Origin: Actinomycetes bacterium
Lineage (GTDB): Bacteria > Actinomycetota > Acidimicrobiia > Acidimicrobiales > Ilumatobacteraceae
Direction: 5' to 3'
DNA: 64,000 nt
NCBI GenBank assembly: GCA_031415695.1
Contig: JANOSH010000001.1
Coordinates: 43,988-107,987, forward strand
Positions 18,242-27,850 of the stretch are shown here, in pieces. A program made the position numbers and the translations under genes. Numbering within the stretch: the first letter of the stretch is position 1; every line of letters starts with the position of its first letter. Under the pieces are notes generated by a model. The model ran no database searches. It saw nothing but the letters and a program-made list of their open reading frames with translations, and was not told the DNA's origin.

Positions 18242-19162
18242 GTGGTGGAAATATCTCGATACCTCGAGTTCAGTCGTGATGAGTGGGCTGATCTGCGTGC
18301 GGCAACGCCCCTGACGATCCGAGAACGCGACCTTGAGGCGCTGCGAGGCATCGCTGTCGAACTCGAGCTGGACGAGGTAGCCGAGGTGTATTTGCCGCTG
18401 ACACGCCTGATCAATTTGTATGTCTCGGCGACCCAGAATCTTCACCGAGTATCAGCTACCTTTCTTGGCACGATTTCGCCCAAGGTGCCGTATGTCATTG
18501 GCATTGCCGGTTCGGTTGCTGTTGGCAAAAGCACGTTTGCTCGTGTGTTGCAGGCCCTGCTGTCACGCTGGCCCGACCATCCCAAAGTGGAACTCGTGAC
18601 CACCGACGGTTTCTTGTACCCGAACGACCTGCTGGCCGAACGCGGGATCATGAACCGGAAAGGCTTTCCCGAAAGTTACGACACCCGGCATTTGTTGTCG
18701 TTCCTTCGTCAGGTTAAATCCGGTGTTCGAGAAGTGCACGCCCCCGTATACAGTCACGTGGTGTACGACATCACCGACGAACACGTCGTTGTTCATCAGC
18801 CCGATATTTTGATCCTCGAAGGCATCAACGTGCTCCAAGTGTCGTCCAGCGGTAACGAATTCGTTTCCGACTACTTCGATTTCTCAATCTACGTCGACGC
18901 GCTCGAAGAAGACATCGAGAACTGGTACGTGCAGCGCTTCTTGACGCTACGCGACACAGTGTTCAAGAACCCGACATCATTTTTCCGCCACTATTCGCAT
19001 CTTTCCGAGGCTGAGGCGATCTCGACGGCCAAGACTATTTGGCGGGAAATCAACGGTCTCAACCTCAGTGAGAACATCTTGCCTACCCGCGAACGCGCAT
19101 CGCTCGTTATGACCAAGGCCGCCGATCACCGCGTGACGAACGTGAAACTCAGGAAGCTCTAA
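18242..19162 (+). CDS. coaA: Type I pantothenate kinase
   Basis: P-loop [22 protein letters not shown] and CoaA-specific regions ([20 protein letters not shown]). Confidence 0.92.
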   Translation: MVEISRYLEFSRDEWADLRAATPLTIRERDLEALRGIAVELELDEVAEVYLPLTRLINLYVSATQNLHRVSATFLGTISPKVPYVIGIAGSVAVGKSTFARVLQALLSRWPDHPKVELVTTDGFLYPNDLLAERGIMNRKGFPESYDTRHLLSFLRQVKSGVREVHAPVYSHVVYDITDEHVVVHQPDILILEGINVLQVSSSGNEFVSDYFDFSIYVDALEEDIENWYVQRFLTLRDTVFKNPTSFFRHYSHLSEAEAISTAKTIWREINGLNLSENILPTRERASLVMTKAADHRVTNVKLRKL

Positions 19163-19850
19163 GCATAAGGTCGGCCAATAGACCAGGCACGTCACTGAAT
19201 TGCCCCGCAGTGGGCGTTCCAACGGCAAGTTCTGCATGCTCGTGCGACCACAGGTGATGTGACGGAACGTGCACGGCTCGACCACCAATGGCGAGCACTG
19301 GAATCACGTCGGACTTGGCGGAATCGCCGACCATCACGAAGCGATGCGGTGCGACGTCTTGGCGTCGGAGAACTTCGGCGTAGATCGCAGGCGTTTTGTC
19401 AGGGACAATTTCGATGTGATGGAAATAGTCGGCAAGGCCGCTACTTGCCAGCTTGCGGCGCTGGTGGAGCAGGTCTCCTTTGGTTACCAAGACTAGTCGA
19501 TGCTGTTCGGCAAGCCCTTCGAGTGTGCTCGAAACGCCGCTAAAGACCTCGACGTCTCCCGTCATCATCGACTTGGCCAGCTCGACCAGCCTCGACAGTT
19601 CCCGGGCGGGTATTCGGCCGTTGGTCGCCTCGATGGCAGCTTCGACCATCGACAACGCAAAAGTCTTTACACCAAATCCGAACACGGTCAGGTTGTTGCG
19701 TTCGGTGGTGTCGAGCGCATGGGATAACACCTGTTGGTCAGCGACCCACGGCTCGACGATCAACGCAAACTGCTCGGTGGCTGCATCGAAGTCGCGCTGG
19801 CAATGCCACAGAGTGTCGTCACCATCGATTCCGACAAGATCAAACGTCAT
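19149..19850 (-). CDS. HAD-superfamily hydrolase (subfamily IA-like)
   Basis: HAD motif [10 protein letters not shown], motif III K (VLVTKGD) and motif [11 protein letters not shown]. Confidence 0.75.
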   Translation of the reverse strand: MTFDLVGIDGDDTLWHCQRDFDAATEQFALIVEPWVADQQVLSHALDTTERNNLTVFGFGVKTFALSMVEAAIEATNGRIPARELSRLVELAKSMMTGDVEVFSGVSSTLEGLAEQHRLVLVTKGDLLHQRRKLASSGLADYFHHIEIVPDKTPAIYAEVLRRQDVAPHRFVMVGDSAKSDVIPVLAIGGRAVHVPSHHLWSHEHAELAVGTPTAGQFSDVPGLLADLMLRAS

Positions 19851-19865
19851 AGACGAGACCGTCGG

Positions 19866-20219
19866 TCATTCGCGCGAAAGGTTGAGGTAGTTGTACACCG
19901 TGATTCGCGACACACCGAGTGCATCGGCTACTGACTCGACTGATCGGCGCATACGAAATGCACCACGCTCGTCCAACAGTCGAACGGCACGCTGACGTTG
20001 CTCTCGAGTGAGCGAGTCGAGCGGCCCGCCGATCTCGCGAGCAACGCCGTCAAGAAGCCGATCGAGGGCCCCATGAAGATGGGTCGGCTCCTCGCCTTGT
20101 TTAGAGACCTGAATAGCAAGGCGGGTAGCGCCAGCGCCAAGTGAGTGCTGAACGAGCGCAGCAATGGCCCGCACGACAGCTTCGTCGCTGCCAACGGCTA
20201 CGTTGTCGAATGGCCCCAT
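19866..20219 (-). CDS. Small DNA-binding protein with C-terminal helix-turn-helix (PucR/Fis-like)
   Basis: C-terminal HTH SVESVADALGVSRITVYNYLN. The ORF-track start at 20453 would overlap the cyclase gene on the opposite strand, so an internal Met was chosen. The family assignment is weak. Confidence 0.4.
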   Translation of the reverse strand: MGPFDNVAVGSDEAVVRAIAALVQHSLGAGATRLAIQVSKQGEEPTHLHGALDRLLDGVAREIGGPLDSLTREQRQRAVRLLDERGAFRMRRSVESVADALGVSRITVYNYLNLSRE

Positions 20220-20358
20220 TTGCACCGGGAGGCCCTGGGCCTCGACCGCGGCAATTCCGGCTAGAACGTGCGGCCCGGGCGAACCTTCAACGAATGGTTC
20301 GACCGTGAAGATGAGTTTCACGAGGTCCACCAGCGAAACGTTAGTTCCTCCAGGCAGA

Positions 20359-21444
20359 ATGGTGACGATGACTTCTGGCGCACGCTCCACAGAGTTCCTT
20401 CTCGAGCACGGTGTTCCTGAAGCCGAAATCGAGGCGGCCATCATTGATGGCACGTTGCCATTCGTTGTCCTGGAAACCCTTTTTCGAGATTCGCCCCTGC
20501 GCTACCGCATCGGCGAGATAGCCGATCGCGTGGGGCAACCCATCGCCGTGGTGCAACGCGTCCGGCGTGCGCTTGGGTTCGCCGACGCCGATCTCGATGA
20601 ACTTGTAGGGACCGACGACGACGTAGTCGGGATACGTCAGCTTTTCGACAGCGCCCAGGGTCGCAGTCTCGGCGTGGCACTTGATCGAGTCCGTACGTCG
20701 GCGAGTGCGATGGAAAAGTTGGCCGACTCGATCGCCGCCTCCTTCGGTGAAGGCATCGGCTCGATGCTCGATGGTGGGGCCGATCCGCTGGCCGTCGCCG
20801 ACTCGGCACTTGCCGAGAACACTCCTGCGAGCATCTTGCGGATGCTCACACACGTTTTACGTCACGAGTTGGCACGATCGTTGCACAGTGAACGTACCAA
20901 CCGGGTTGCCCACGCTGAGCTACCAGAGGGTTCATCGAACCATGTAGCCGTCGGATTTGTCGATCTGGTCGGTATGACCGAGACCATGGAGTTACTCGAT
21001 TCTCAAGCAATCGCCGAGTTGGTTGCTCGCTACGAAGCGGGTGCCTACGACGAGGTGGTTCGCCACGGCGGACGGGTAGTCAAGATGCTCGGCGACGGAG
21101 CGATGTTCACCGCGCCAACCGCCGATCAGGCGGCGACCATCTGCCTGGCTATCGTTGCCGCCGCGGGCAAACGTGGTGTTCCACCGGCGAGGGCCGGCAT
21201 TGCGTGGGGCAGCGTCATCCGTTCTCGGGGCGACATCTACGGGCCGACGGTGAATCGAGCGTCGCGCCTGTGCGACAGCGCTGCGGTCGGGGAAGTCATG
21301 GTGTCGGCAGAGGTCGCCGAACATCTCACCGTGGTTGCCAGCAGGCCCGATGGTGAACGCCGACTTAAAGGCATCGGAAGCGTCGAAGTCTGGACGTTGC
21401 TACCTGACGACGCGTTGCATCCAGCAGTCACGAGTCGGACCTAG
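20359..21444 (+). CDS. Class III adenylate/guanylate cyclase with N-terminal regulatory region
   Basis: Cyclase homology domain motifs VAVGFVDLVGMTE, VKMLGDGAMFTAP and GPTVNRASRL. The N-terminal ~200 aa are of unknown function. The start was moved to the internal Met to avoid a 5' overlap with the opposite-strand gene. Confidence 0.75.
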   Translation: MVTMTSGARSTEFLLEHGVPEAEIEAAIIDGTLPFVVLETLFRDSPLRYRIGEIADRVGQPIAVVQRVRRALGFADADLDELVGTDDDVVGIRQLFDSAQGRSLGVALDRVRTSASAMEKLADSIAASFGEGIGSMLDGGADPLAVADSALAENTPASILRMLTHVLRHELARSLHSERTNRVAHAELPEGSSNHVAVGFVDLVGMTETMELLDSQAIAELVARYEAGAYDEVVRHGGRVVKMLGDGAMFTAPTADQAATICLAIVAAAGKRGVPPARAGIAWGSVIRSRGDIYGPTVNRASRLCDSAAVGEVMVSAEVAEHLTVVASRPDGERRLKGIGSVEVWTLLPDDALHPAVTSRT

Positions 21445-21446
21445 CA

Positions 21447-22268
21447 ATGCCCGAGGGTCACACCATCCACCGCTTGGCTCGCGATCTCAATCGAGATCTG
21501 CGCGGTCAGTTCGTTGCGGTCACGTCCCCGCAGGGCCGGTTTGTCGACGGGGCCGCTGCCATCGACGGCCAAGCGCTCAAGCAGGCAACCGCCAACGGAA
21601 AGCACCTCTTTATGGCGTTTGGGGACGGCGATACAACTGAGCAGGTCATTCATATTCATTTGGGTCTGTTCGGTAAGTTCCGGCGCGCCAGAACCTCGTC
21701 GAACGATCCGCGTGACACGCTACGGCTGCGCCTTGCATCGACCGACTGGACGTGGGACTTGTCGGGCCCAACCGCGTGTGAACTCGTCGACGAGTATCAG
21801 GTGGATGCCATTCACCGTCGGCTCGGCCCCGACCCGTTGCGAGGCGACAGCGACGGCGAGACTTTCGTGCGTCGTGCGGGCAAGAGCAGCCGCTCCATCG
21901 GCTTGATCCTCATGGACCAAGCGGTCATTGCGGGTGTGGGCAATGTGTATCGCAGCGAGATCTGTTTTCGGGCCGGCATCGACCCTCGAACCGCCGCGAA
22001 TTCTTTGACGGCCGATCAGCTCCGAGCGCTATGGGGCGATGCTGTCGAACTGTTGCAACTCGGTGTGCGGCTCGGTCGCATCGTCACCGTGGATCCGTCC
22101 GAAAATGATCTGGTTGGGCCGAAGGCCACGGCGGCCACGTTGAAGGCTGACAAACGCGTCTATGTGTACCGCCGTGAAACGTGTCTTCGCTGCGGTGCGC
22201 CGGTGTCCAAGTTCGACATGGGAAACCGAAACGCGTACGCATGCACGGCCGAGCAGCGCCGGGCGTAG
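21447..22268 (+). CDS. Fpg/Nei-family DNA glycosylase (endonuclease VIII-like)
   Basis: N-terminal MPEGHTI (Pro2/Glu3 catalytic), H2TH region and a C-terminal zinc finger CLRCGAPV...CTAEQ. Confidence 0.88.
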   Translation: MPEGHTIHRLARDLNRDLRGQFVAVTSPQGRFVDGAAAIDGQALKQATANGKHLFMAFGDGDTTEQVIHIHLGLFGKFRRARTSSNDPRDTLRLRLASTDWTWDLSGPTACELVDEYQVDAIHRRLGPDPLRGDSDGETFVRRAGKSSRSIGLILMDQAVIAGVGNVYRSEICFRAGIDPRTAANSLTADQLRALWGDAVELLQLGVRLGRIVTVDPSENDLVGPKATAATLKADKRVYVYRRETCLRCGAPVSKFDMGNRNAYACTAEQRRA

Positions 22269-22277
22269 GATCCCGGG

Positions 22278-23480
22278 ATGGGGAAATCATTGAGTGACGG
22301 CGGCCTACTCGACGAAGCAATCGAGCGTTTGCCTGACGCGGTTCGTTTGCGGCGCCAGTTGCACCAACATCCCGAGATTGGTTTGCATCTTCCGGCCACA
22401 CAAGACGCCATCCTGGCCAACTTGCAGGGTTTACCGGTGACCACTCGGCTGGGCACAACAACGTCGTCGGTGACAGCGGTTCTGGAAGGCGAGAAACCGG
22501 GCCCAACCATTCTTCTTCGAGCCGACATGGATGCACTTCCCATGCCGGAAGACACCGGTTTCGAATTCTCAAGTCGCGTCGAGAACGCAATGCACGCCTG
22601 CGGGCACGACCTGCACGTTGCCATGCTGATGGGCGCCGCCCACATGCTGAGTGAGCGGCGAGGCGAATTGGCTGGGCGGGTGCTGTTCATGTTCCAGCCG
22701 GGCGAGGAGGGCTACCACGGAGCGCGCTTCATGCTCGAAGACGGCCTGCTCGATGGCGTAGGCGAGGTCACATCGGCCTTCGCTATTCATGCCAGCCCAA
22801 GCGTGCCGGCGGGCACCATTGCCATCAAGGGTGGTTCGCTCATGGCCTCGGCCGATCAACTCTTCATCACCATAGTCGGACGGGGCGGGCATGCTTCGGC
22901 ACCTCACCACGCACTTGATCCCATACCTGTGGCGTGCGAGATCGTGCAGGCCATTCAGACGATGATTACCCGAAGCGTCGATGCGTTCGATCCTGCGGTC
23001 GTCACAATCGCCCAAATTGTCGCCGGCACGACGAGCAACGTAATTCCCGAGACAGCCAAGATCATTGGCACTATCCGTGCTGTGTCGGAACACACGCGCC
23101 GTCTCGTCCACGACAACCTTCGCCGTGTAGCCGATGGGATTGCGGCCGCGCACGGCGCCTCTGTTGAGTTCGAGATTGAACACGGCTACCCGGTCACTAT
23201 TAACCACGTCGGGCCCGCAGCCGAGGTGTCGCGGATTGCTACCGACATCCTTGGCCCGAAGCGCGTGATCAACATTGCGAATCCTGTGATGGGTGCCGAG
23301 GATTTCAGCTACGTGCTGCAACGCGTTCCGGGAGCCATGGCATTCCTCGGGGCCACGCCAGTAGGGGGCGATCCAAGGACTGCCGCACCAAACCACTCGA
23401 ATCGGGCAGTGTTCAACGAGGAGTCGATGTCTGCGGGTATCGCGTTGTACACCGCAGTAGCGCTCGATCACCTCCAGTAG
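22278..23480 (+). CDS. M20D-family amidohydrolase (N-acyl-amino acid amidohydrolase/hippuricase-like)
   Basis: Metal-binding motifs HQHPEIG, ADMDALPM and HACGHD, plus the dimerisation lid domain. Confidence 0.85.
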   Translation: MGKSLSDGGLLDEAIERLPDAVRLRRQLHQHPEIGLHLPATQDAILANLQGLPVTTRLGTTTSSVTAVLEGEKPGPTILLRADMDALPMPEDTGFEFSSRVENAMHACGHDLHVAMLMGAAHMLSERRGELAGRVLFMFQPGEEGYHGARFMLEDGLLDGVGEVTSAFAIHASPSVPAGTIAIKGGSLMASADQLFITIVGRGGHASAPHHALDPIPVACEIVQAIQTMITRSVDAFDPAVVTIAQIVAGTTSNVIPETAKIIGTIRAVSEHTRRLVHDNLRRVADGIAAAHGASVEFEIEHGYPVTINHVGPAAEVSRIATDILGPKRVINIANPVMGAEDFSYVLQRVPGAMAFLGATPVGGDPRTAAPNHSNRAVFNEESMSAGIALYTAVALDHLQ

Positions 23481-23560
23481 GCCGCCGCAGCCCCTCAAGG
23501 CATTGGCAGGTCGCAATCGGGGTCTGGCGAGTAGTCGTCTTCCTGCCGATACAAGGAGGC

Positions 23561-24142
23561 ATGCGTCACACGTTCGGAGATCGTCTGGTGCTATTGATTG
23601 TTGTGGTCCTAGCCGGACTTGGCCTCACCAGTTTGGTGAAGCCCGCTGGCGCCGCGGCGACTCTCGATGTCGAAGAACAAACATTTGTGACGCTGATCAA
23701 CAACTACCGAGCGCACAACGGCCCTGAAGCGACGTACCGGTGGTACTGGGTGAACAATTTTGGTACCGTCCTCGACCAGGGAATATCGACTGGCTCCTCG
23801 ACCACCTCAACCACCTCAACCACAGCGCCAACAACACCTCCGGCGACGGTGATCAAGAATCCGCGGTTCGACACCGAGATCCACGATCGGTTGATCGACG
23901 CGTTCGTCGAACGTGTCGTAGACGAGGCGGTACGAGCGCGTCGCATTGCTGAGCGGCCAACCCGCAGAAGCCAGATTCGTGGGCTGGGCTTGAACTCCTT
24001 CGATGCCTCCGCCGTCACTGGAGCAGTCCACGAGCGACGTATCCAACGCCCAACAAATTGTTGCTGCATTCAGCTATCGACGAATGCACTGGTCGATGTC
24101 GAATCGGTGTTGGTGGAGTTGGCGGAAGGCATGATCGGATGA
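23561..24142 (+). CDS. Hypothetical secreted protein with Thr/Ser-rich linker
   Basis: Signal-peptide-like LVLLIVVVLAGLGLTSL, then a TTSTTSTTAPTTPPATV linker. The N-terminal EEQTFVTLINNYRAHNG resembles the start of a CAP/SCP domain, but the rest does not match, so it may be damaged. Confidence 0.3.
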   Translation: MRHTFGDRLVLLIVVVLAGLGLTSLVKPAGAAATLDVEEQTFVTLINNYRAHNGPEATYRWYWVNNFGTVLDQGISTGSSTTSTTSTTAPTTPPATVIKNPRFDTEIHDRLIDAFVERVVDEAVRARRIAERPTRRSQIRGLGLNSFDASAVTGAVHERRIQRPTNCCCIQLSTNALVDVESVLVELAEGMIG

Positions 24143-24158
24143 TTGGATTACAGCGCCT

Positions 24159-25022
24159 TCACGCTCGGCGGCGAACCGTCGGACGGTTTCCTGTTGTCCC
24201 TCGGTTCATTCCCACCCAACCCGACGGGGAAGTAGTTGTTTGTCGACCGGCCGAGGGTCCGGCCGCCGTGAGCCCACCGTCAACAACAATCGCTTCGCCG
24301 GTAATGAAGGCCGATTCGTCGCTGGCTAGAAAGACCATGGCGTGGGCAATGTCGTCGGGTTGGCCAATATCGGGCCAGGGCTGCATTCGATCAGCGGCAT
24401 CCTGAAAGGAGTCTGTTCGGCGACCCTGGTTTGCGAGTGGCGTATTGATGAGCCCGGGGCAAATGGCATTAACGCGTATGCGGTCGTTGGCAAGTTCGAG
24501 CGCAGTTGACTTTGTCAGGTTGATGACCGCCGCCTTCGCGGCCGAGTAGGCCACAGGCCCGGCTCCCCCGGACAGCCCGGCAACCGACGCGGTGTTGATG
24601 ATGCTGCCGCCCCCACCCTGGGCTCGCATCTGACGCACGGCATGTTTGGTACCCAGGAAAACCCCACGTACAAGCACTGAGAATGTTTCGTCCCAGTCGT
24701 CGACTTCGAGGTCGGTGATAGACCCGAACGCACCGCCGATCCCAGCGTTGTTGCACACAATGTCGAGCCGGCCAAACGCGTGCTCGGCTTCGGCAATCAT
24801 TGCGGTCACGTCAGGCTCGCTGGCAACGTCAGCCCGAATGAACCGGACCTGGGAGGCCCGACCTTCGTTCGCAACTTCGGCCATAAGCGCCAGACCGTTT
24901 ATCTCGTTCAAGTCAGCTGCGACGACACGACCGCCCTCGTCAAGAAATCGGTAGACGGCAGCACGCCCCATCCCGCTACCTGCTCCAGTTATTACCGCTA
25001 CCTTGCCGTCTAGACGCCCCAT
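24159..25022 (-). CDS. SDR-family oxidoreductase (short-chain dehydrogenase)
   Basis: TGAGSGMGRA Rossmann motif, NNAG, and catalytic YSAAK followed by PG.IN.P. It has a C-terminal extension beyond typical SDR length. Confidence 0.85.
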   Translation of the reverse strand: MGRLDGKVAVITGAGSGMGRAAVYRFLDEGGRVVAADLNEINGLALMAEVANEGRASQVRFIRADVASEPDVTAMIAEAEHAFGRLDIVCNNAGIGGAFGSITDLEVDDWDETFSVLVRGVFLGTKHAVRQMRAQGGGGSIINTASVAGLSGGAGPVAYSAAKAAVINLTKSTALELANDRIRVNAICPGLINTPLANQGRRTDSFQDAADRMQPWPDIGQPDDIAHAMVFLASDESAFITGEAIVVDGGLTAAGPSAGRQTTTSPSGWVGMNRGTTGNRPTVRRRA

Positions 25023-25056
25023 CGCTCCATAGTGTCACGTGGCCTTTGGGTGGCCG

Positions 25057-26055
25057 TCAGTCGAGCAGTCCTTGGATGATGAACTCGACGCGTCGGTTGA
25101 CCTGCAGCGCGTCGCCACTGCCATCGAGGTTAATGGGCTCGGCCTCGCCCAGCGCCTCGCCTGACAACCGCTGGACCGACACTCCCTTGGATGCAAAGTA
25201 GGCAATGGCAGCAGCTACCCGCTTTTGAGACAGTTCGAGATTGTGTTCAGCGCTTCCACGCGAATCGGTGTGTCCGCGAATGACGATTGTGACCTTGGGG
25301 TTCTGGTTCATGAGAACCACGCCCAAGTCGAGTAATTGTCTGTACTCCGGCCGCAACACCGCGGAGTCAGAGTCGAAAAGCACCAGGTCTCCAACATAGA
25401 GCGGTGCGCTTGACGGCACCGGAGCCCCGGCAATTCGGGTGTATTGATCAATGACGTTTTCAGGGCCGACGATCGCCGCCCCACGCGCAATGATTTGCGA
25501 AGCAATGGTGTCGCTCGGCACCACACCACGCAAGTACAGCTTGCCGGCGGTGTACACAGCCCACCGGACTGGTTGAGTGGCCGATTGTGGTGAACTTGCT
25601 GCCGGTGCCGCCGTAGAGGGCACGGCCGGGGCAACCGTCGGGGCCGGTGTGGTGGATGGCGCCAGGGTCGTTGTACGAGGAACTGTTGTTGCGATCGTTG
25701 ATGTTGCTGCGATCGTTGATGTTGTTGCGATCGTTGATGATGGCGTTGTGGTCGATGCGAGCAACGAGGTTGAAGGCGTCGTTGCCGACGTCGACTTGCT
25801 TGACGGCCGAGACCGGGACATTCCTACGGCAACGGCGCACAGAACCAGAACGGGTAGCATCACCAGCGCTGCGAACCGCACGGCCGATCGCAGGGTCGAC
25901 GGCCTATGACGACGGGGCGCGGGCTCGCGATCCTCGCTCTCCAGAGCAAGTGTTACAACCGAGCCGACCTCGTTCGGCGACGCCGCAGTGTCGTCATCAA
26001 CAGATAACCGTTGCGCAGCCCTCGGTGGAGGAAGCCGCCAATCCCATTCCGCCAT
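25057..26055 (-). CDS. OmpA/MotB-family peptidoglycan-binding protein with TM anchor and Thr/Ser/Ile-rich repeat linker
   Basis: C-terminal OmpA_C motifs (IRGHTDSRGSAEHNLELSQKRV, NRRVEF). A TM helix (FAALVMLPVLVLCAVAV) precedes the repeat linker TIATTSTIAATSTIATT. The internal start at 26055 was chosen so as not to overlap the divergent CoA-transferase gene. Confidence 0.7.
   Translation of the reverse strand: MAEWDWRLPPPRAAQRLSVDDDTAASPNEVGSVVTLALESEDREPAPRRHRPSTLRSAVRFAALVMLPVLVLCAVAVGMSRSRPSSKSTSATTPSTSLLASTTTPSSTIATTSTIAATSTIATTVPRTTTLAPSTTPAPTVAPAVPSTAAPAASSPQSATQPVRWAVYTAGKLYLRGVVPSDTIASQIIARGAAIVGPENVIDQYTRIAGAPVPSSAPLYVGDLVLFDSDSAVLRPEYRQLLDLGVVLMNQNPKVTIVIRGHTDSRGSAEHNLELSQKRVAAAIAYFASKGVSVQRLSGEALGEAEPINLDGSGDALQVNRRVEFIIQGLLD
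25686..25742. repeat. Tandem 18-bp repeat (~3 copies, gcgatcgttgatgttgtt-like) encoding a TIATTS hexapeptide repeat inside the OmpA-like gene
   Basis: Direct inspection of the sequence: ...tgttgttgcgatcgttga tgttgctgcgatcgttga tgttgttgcgatcgttga... Confidence 0.8.
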
Positions 26056-26191
26056 CCAGACACGGTGACCGCGCCGCCCGCAGGTGTCGAGCCTGTTCGC
26101 ACATCTTGATCGTGGCTTGACTAGCTTGCCACGTACGGTCGATGCACAGTCTGGATGAGAGATCGGCCCAGCGGGACAGTACCGTTCGGCC

Positions 26192-27430
26192 ATGACTGAA
26201 ACCGATGTGCTTCCCGGCCCACTCCACGGCGTCGTCGTCCTCGATTTGTCGCGTGTGCTTTCAGGCCCGCATTGTGGACGCATGCTTGCTGACCTCGGTG
26301 CCACGGTCATTAAGGTCGAGCCTCCCGAGGGCGACATGACTCGTTTTGGGTTTCCTCGGCCCGGTGGCATCGCGTCGTACTTCAGCCAACAAAACTGTGG
26401 GAAGTCCAACGTAAGCATCGACCTTCGCCAGCCAGATGGGCTGCGCCTCGTCAAGGACCTCGCCGACACGGCGGACATCGTTGTCGAGAATTTTCGGCCG
26501 GGGGTGATGGATCGTATGGGGATCGGCTTCGCAACGCTCGCGGCGTCGAACCCTCGCGTCATCCTGGCATCAATTAGCGGGTACGGACAGACGGGTCCCT
26601 GGACCAAGCGCCGGGCCTTTGCACCGGTGGTCGGTGCCGAATCTGGATTCACCTGGACTCAAGGCGAGGCTCGGGGCAATCAGTTCGCCAACGACGCCGT
26701 CAGCCACGGCGATGTCTACAGCGGCCTGGAGCTCCTGTCCGGCATCCTGGCCGCGTTGTACCAGCGTGAGCGAACCGGGCGCGGACAGTGGGTAGAGGTG
26801 TCGATGACCGAGACCCTCTTGTCGGTCAATGAGCACGTGCATTGGGAACTCCTGAAGGACGACTTCGACGGCAGCAACGAGGTTCCGTCGTTTCTCCCTG
26901 CCGACTATCCGGTACTGATGACAGGTACAGGCGAGATGGTCATCGTTGCCGGGCACGCCGCATCGAACGGCAACTTTCAGAAGTTCATGGCGTTGTGCCG
27001 CCGCGACGACCTAGCCAGTGACCCGACCCTGTCCACGGTTCGCGGTCGCAGGGAACGACTTGCCGATATCCATGACGCGCTCAACCAATGGACCTCCACG
27101 TACACCGATCTTGTGGAGCTCGAAAACGCTCTGGCCGAGCAGGGATTCGCGATGGGCGTGTTGCGCACTGTTCAAGATGTAGCCGAGACCGATTGGGCGC
27201 GCGAGCGCAACGCCATCGTCGAGGTTGACAACCGCGTCGGTGGTCTTTTGCGGCTACCGAATTCCCCGTGGCATTTCAGCGATGCTCATTCTGGCATTCG
27301 AGGTACACCGCGCTACCGGGGTGAAGACAATCGATCGGTCTTATCGTCGGTGCTTGGCCTGACTGATGAGCGGATCGACGAGCTCGAGCAATCCGGTGTG
27401 TTGTCGTCACGTGTTCCAGCGGCGCAATAG
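26192..27430 (+). CDS. Family III CoA-transferase (CaiB/BaiF-like)
   Basis: N-terminal GPLHGVVVLDLSRVLSGPHCGRMLADLGATVIKVE, typical of CaiB/BaiF, with a conserved Asp region downstream. Confidence 0.85.
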   Translation: MTETDVLPGPLHGVVVLDLSRVLSGPHCGRMLADLGATVIKVEPPEGDMTRFGFPRPGGIASYFSQQNCGKSNVSIDLRQPDGLRLVKDLADTADIVVENFRPGVMDRMGIGFATLAASNPRVILASISGYGQTGPWTKRRAFAPVVGAESGFTWTQGEARGNQFANDAVSHGDVYSGLELLSGILAALYQRERTGRGQWVEVSMTETLLSVNEHVHWELLKDDFDGSNEVPSFLPADYPVLMTGTGEMVIVAGHAASNGNFQKFMALCRRDDLASDPTLSTVRGRRERLADIHDALNQWTSTYTDLVELENALAEQGFAMGVLRTVQDVAETDWARERNAIVEVDNRVGGLLRLPNSPWHFSDAHSGIRGTPRYRGEDNRSVLSSVLGLTDERIDELEQSGVLSSRVPAAQ

Positions 27431-27442
27431 CCCGACGAACCG

Positions 27443-27850
27443 CTATTTGTTAGCGGCTTGGCGAAAGATTGACGGCACGTCGCCGTACACAGCAACCGCC
27501 TGGCGAAGCGGCACCAGGTCGCGTCGGTTTCGCCGTTCGGCTTCGATGCGAACTGCGTGCAGTTCTACCTGGGCGGCGGCCAGTTCGCCCTGAGATTGGG
27601 CGAGCTCCGCTTCGAGAGCTAGGACCCTGCGAACACCAGCAAGATTGAGCCCCTCGTCAGTCAGCTCAGCTATTCGCCGTAAGCGGTACAGGTCGGCGTC
27701 GGAGTAACGACGGTTACCGCCACGGGTCCGAGCCGGGTCGAGCAGCCCTTTGCGCTCGTAGATTCGAAGCGTTTGGGGATGCACGCCAGCGAGTTCGGCC
27801 GCTACCGAGATGACGTACACCCCATGCAGATCGCTATGTGCCGAAATCAT
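27443..27850 (-). CDS. hspR: MerR-family heat-shock repressor HspR
   Basis: MerR HTH ([38 protein letters not shown]). It is the last gene of the dnaK-grpE-dnaJ operon, as in actinobacteria. Confidence 0.9.
   Translation of the reverse strand: MISAHSDLHGVYVISVAAELAGVHPQTLRIYERKGLLDPARTRGGNRRYSDADLYRLRRIAELTDEGLNLAGVRRVLALEAELAQSQGELAAAQVELHAVRIEAERRNRRDLVPLRQAVAVYGDVPSIFRQAANK

Noticed and set aside
22569-23516. 315-aa minus-strand ORF antisense to the M20 amidohydrolase
   Set aside because: Shadow ORF. The sense strand carries clear M20 metal-binding motifs.
25686-25742. Possible CRISPR-like repeat
   Set aside because: Only ~3 units of 18 bp with no spacers. It is inside a coding region and encodes a peptide repeat. 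No cas genes are present. No CRISPR array was found anywhere in the window.
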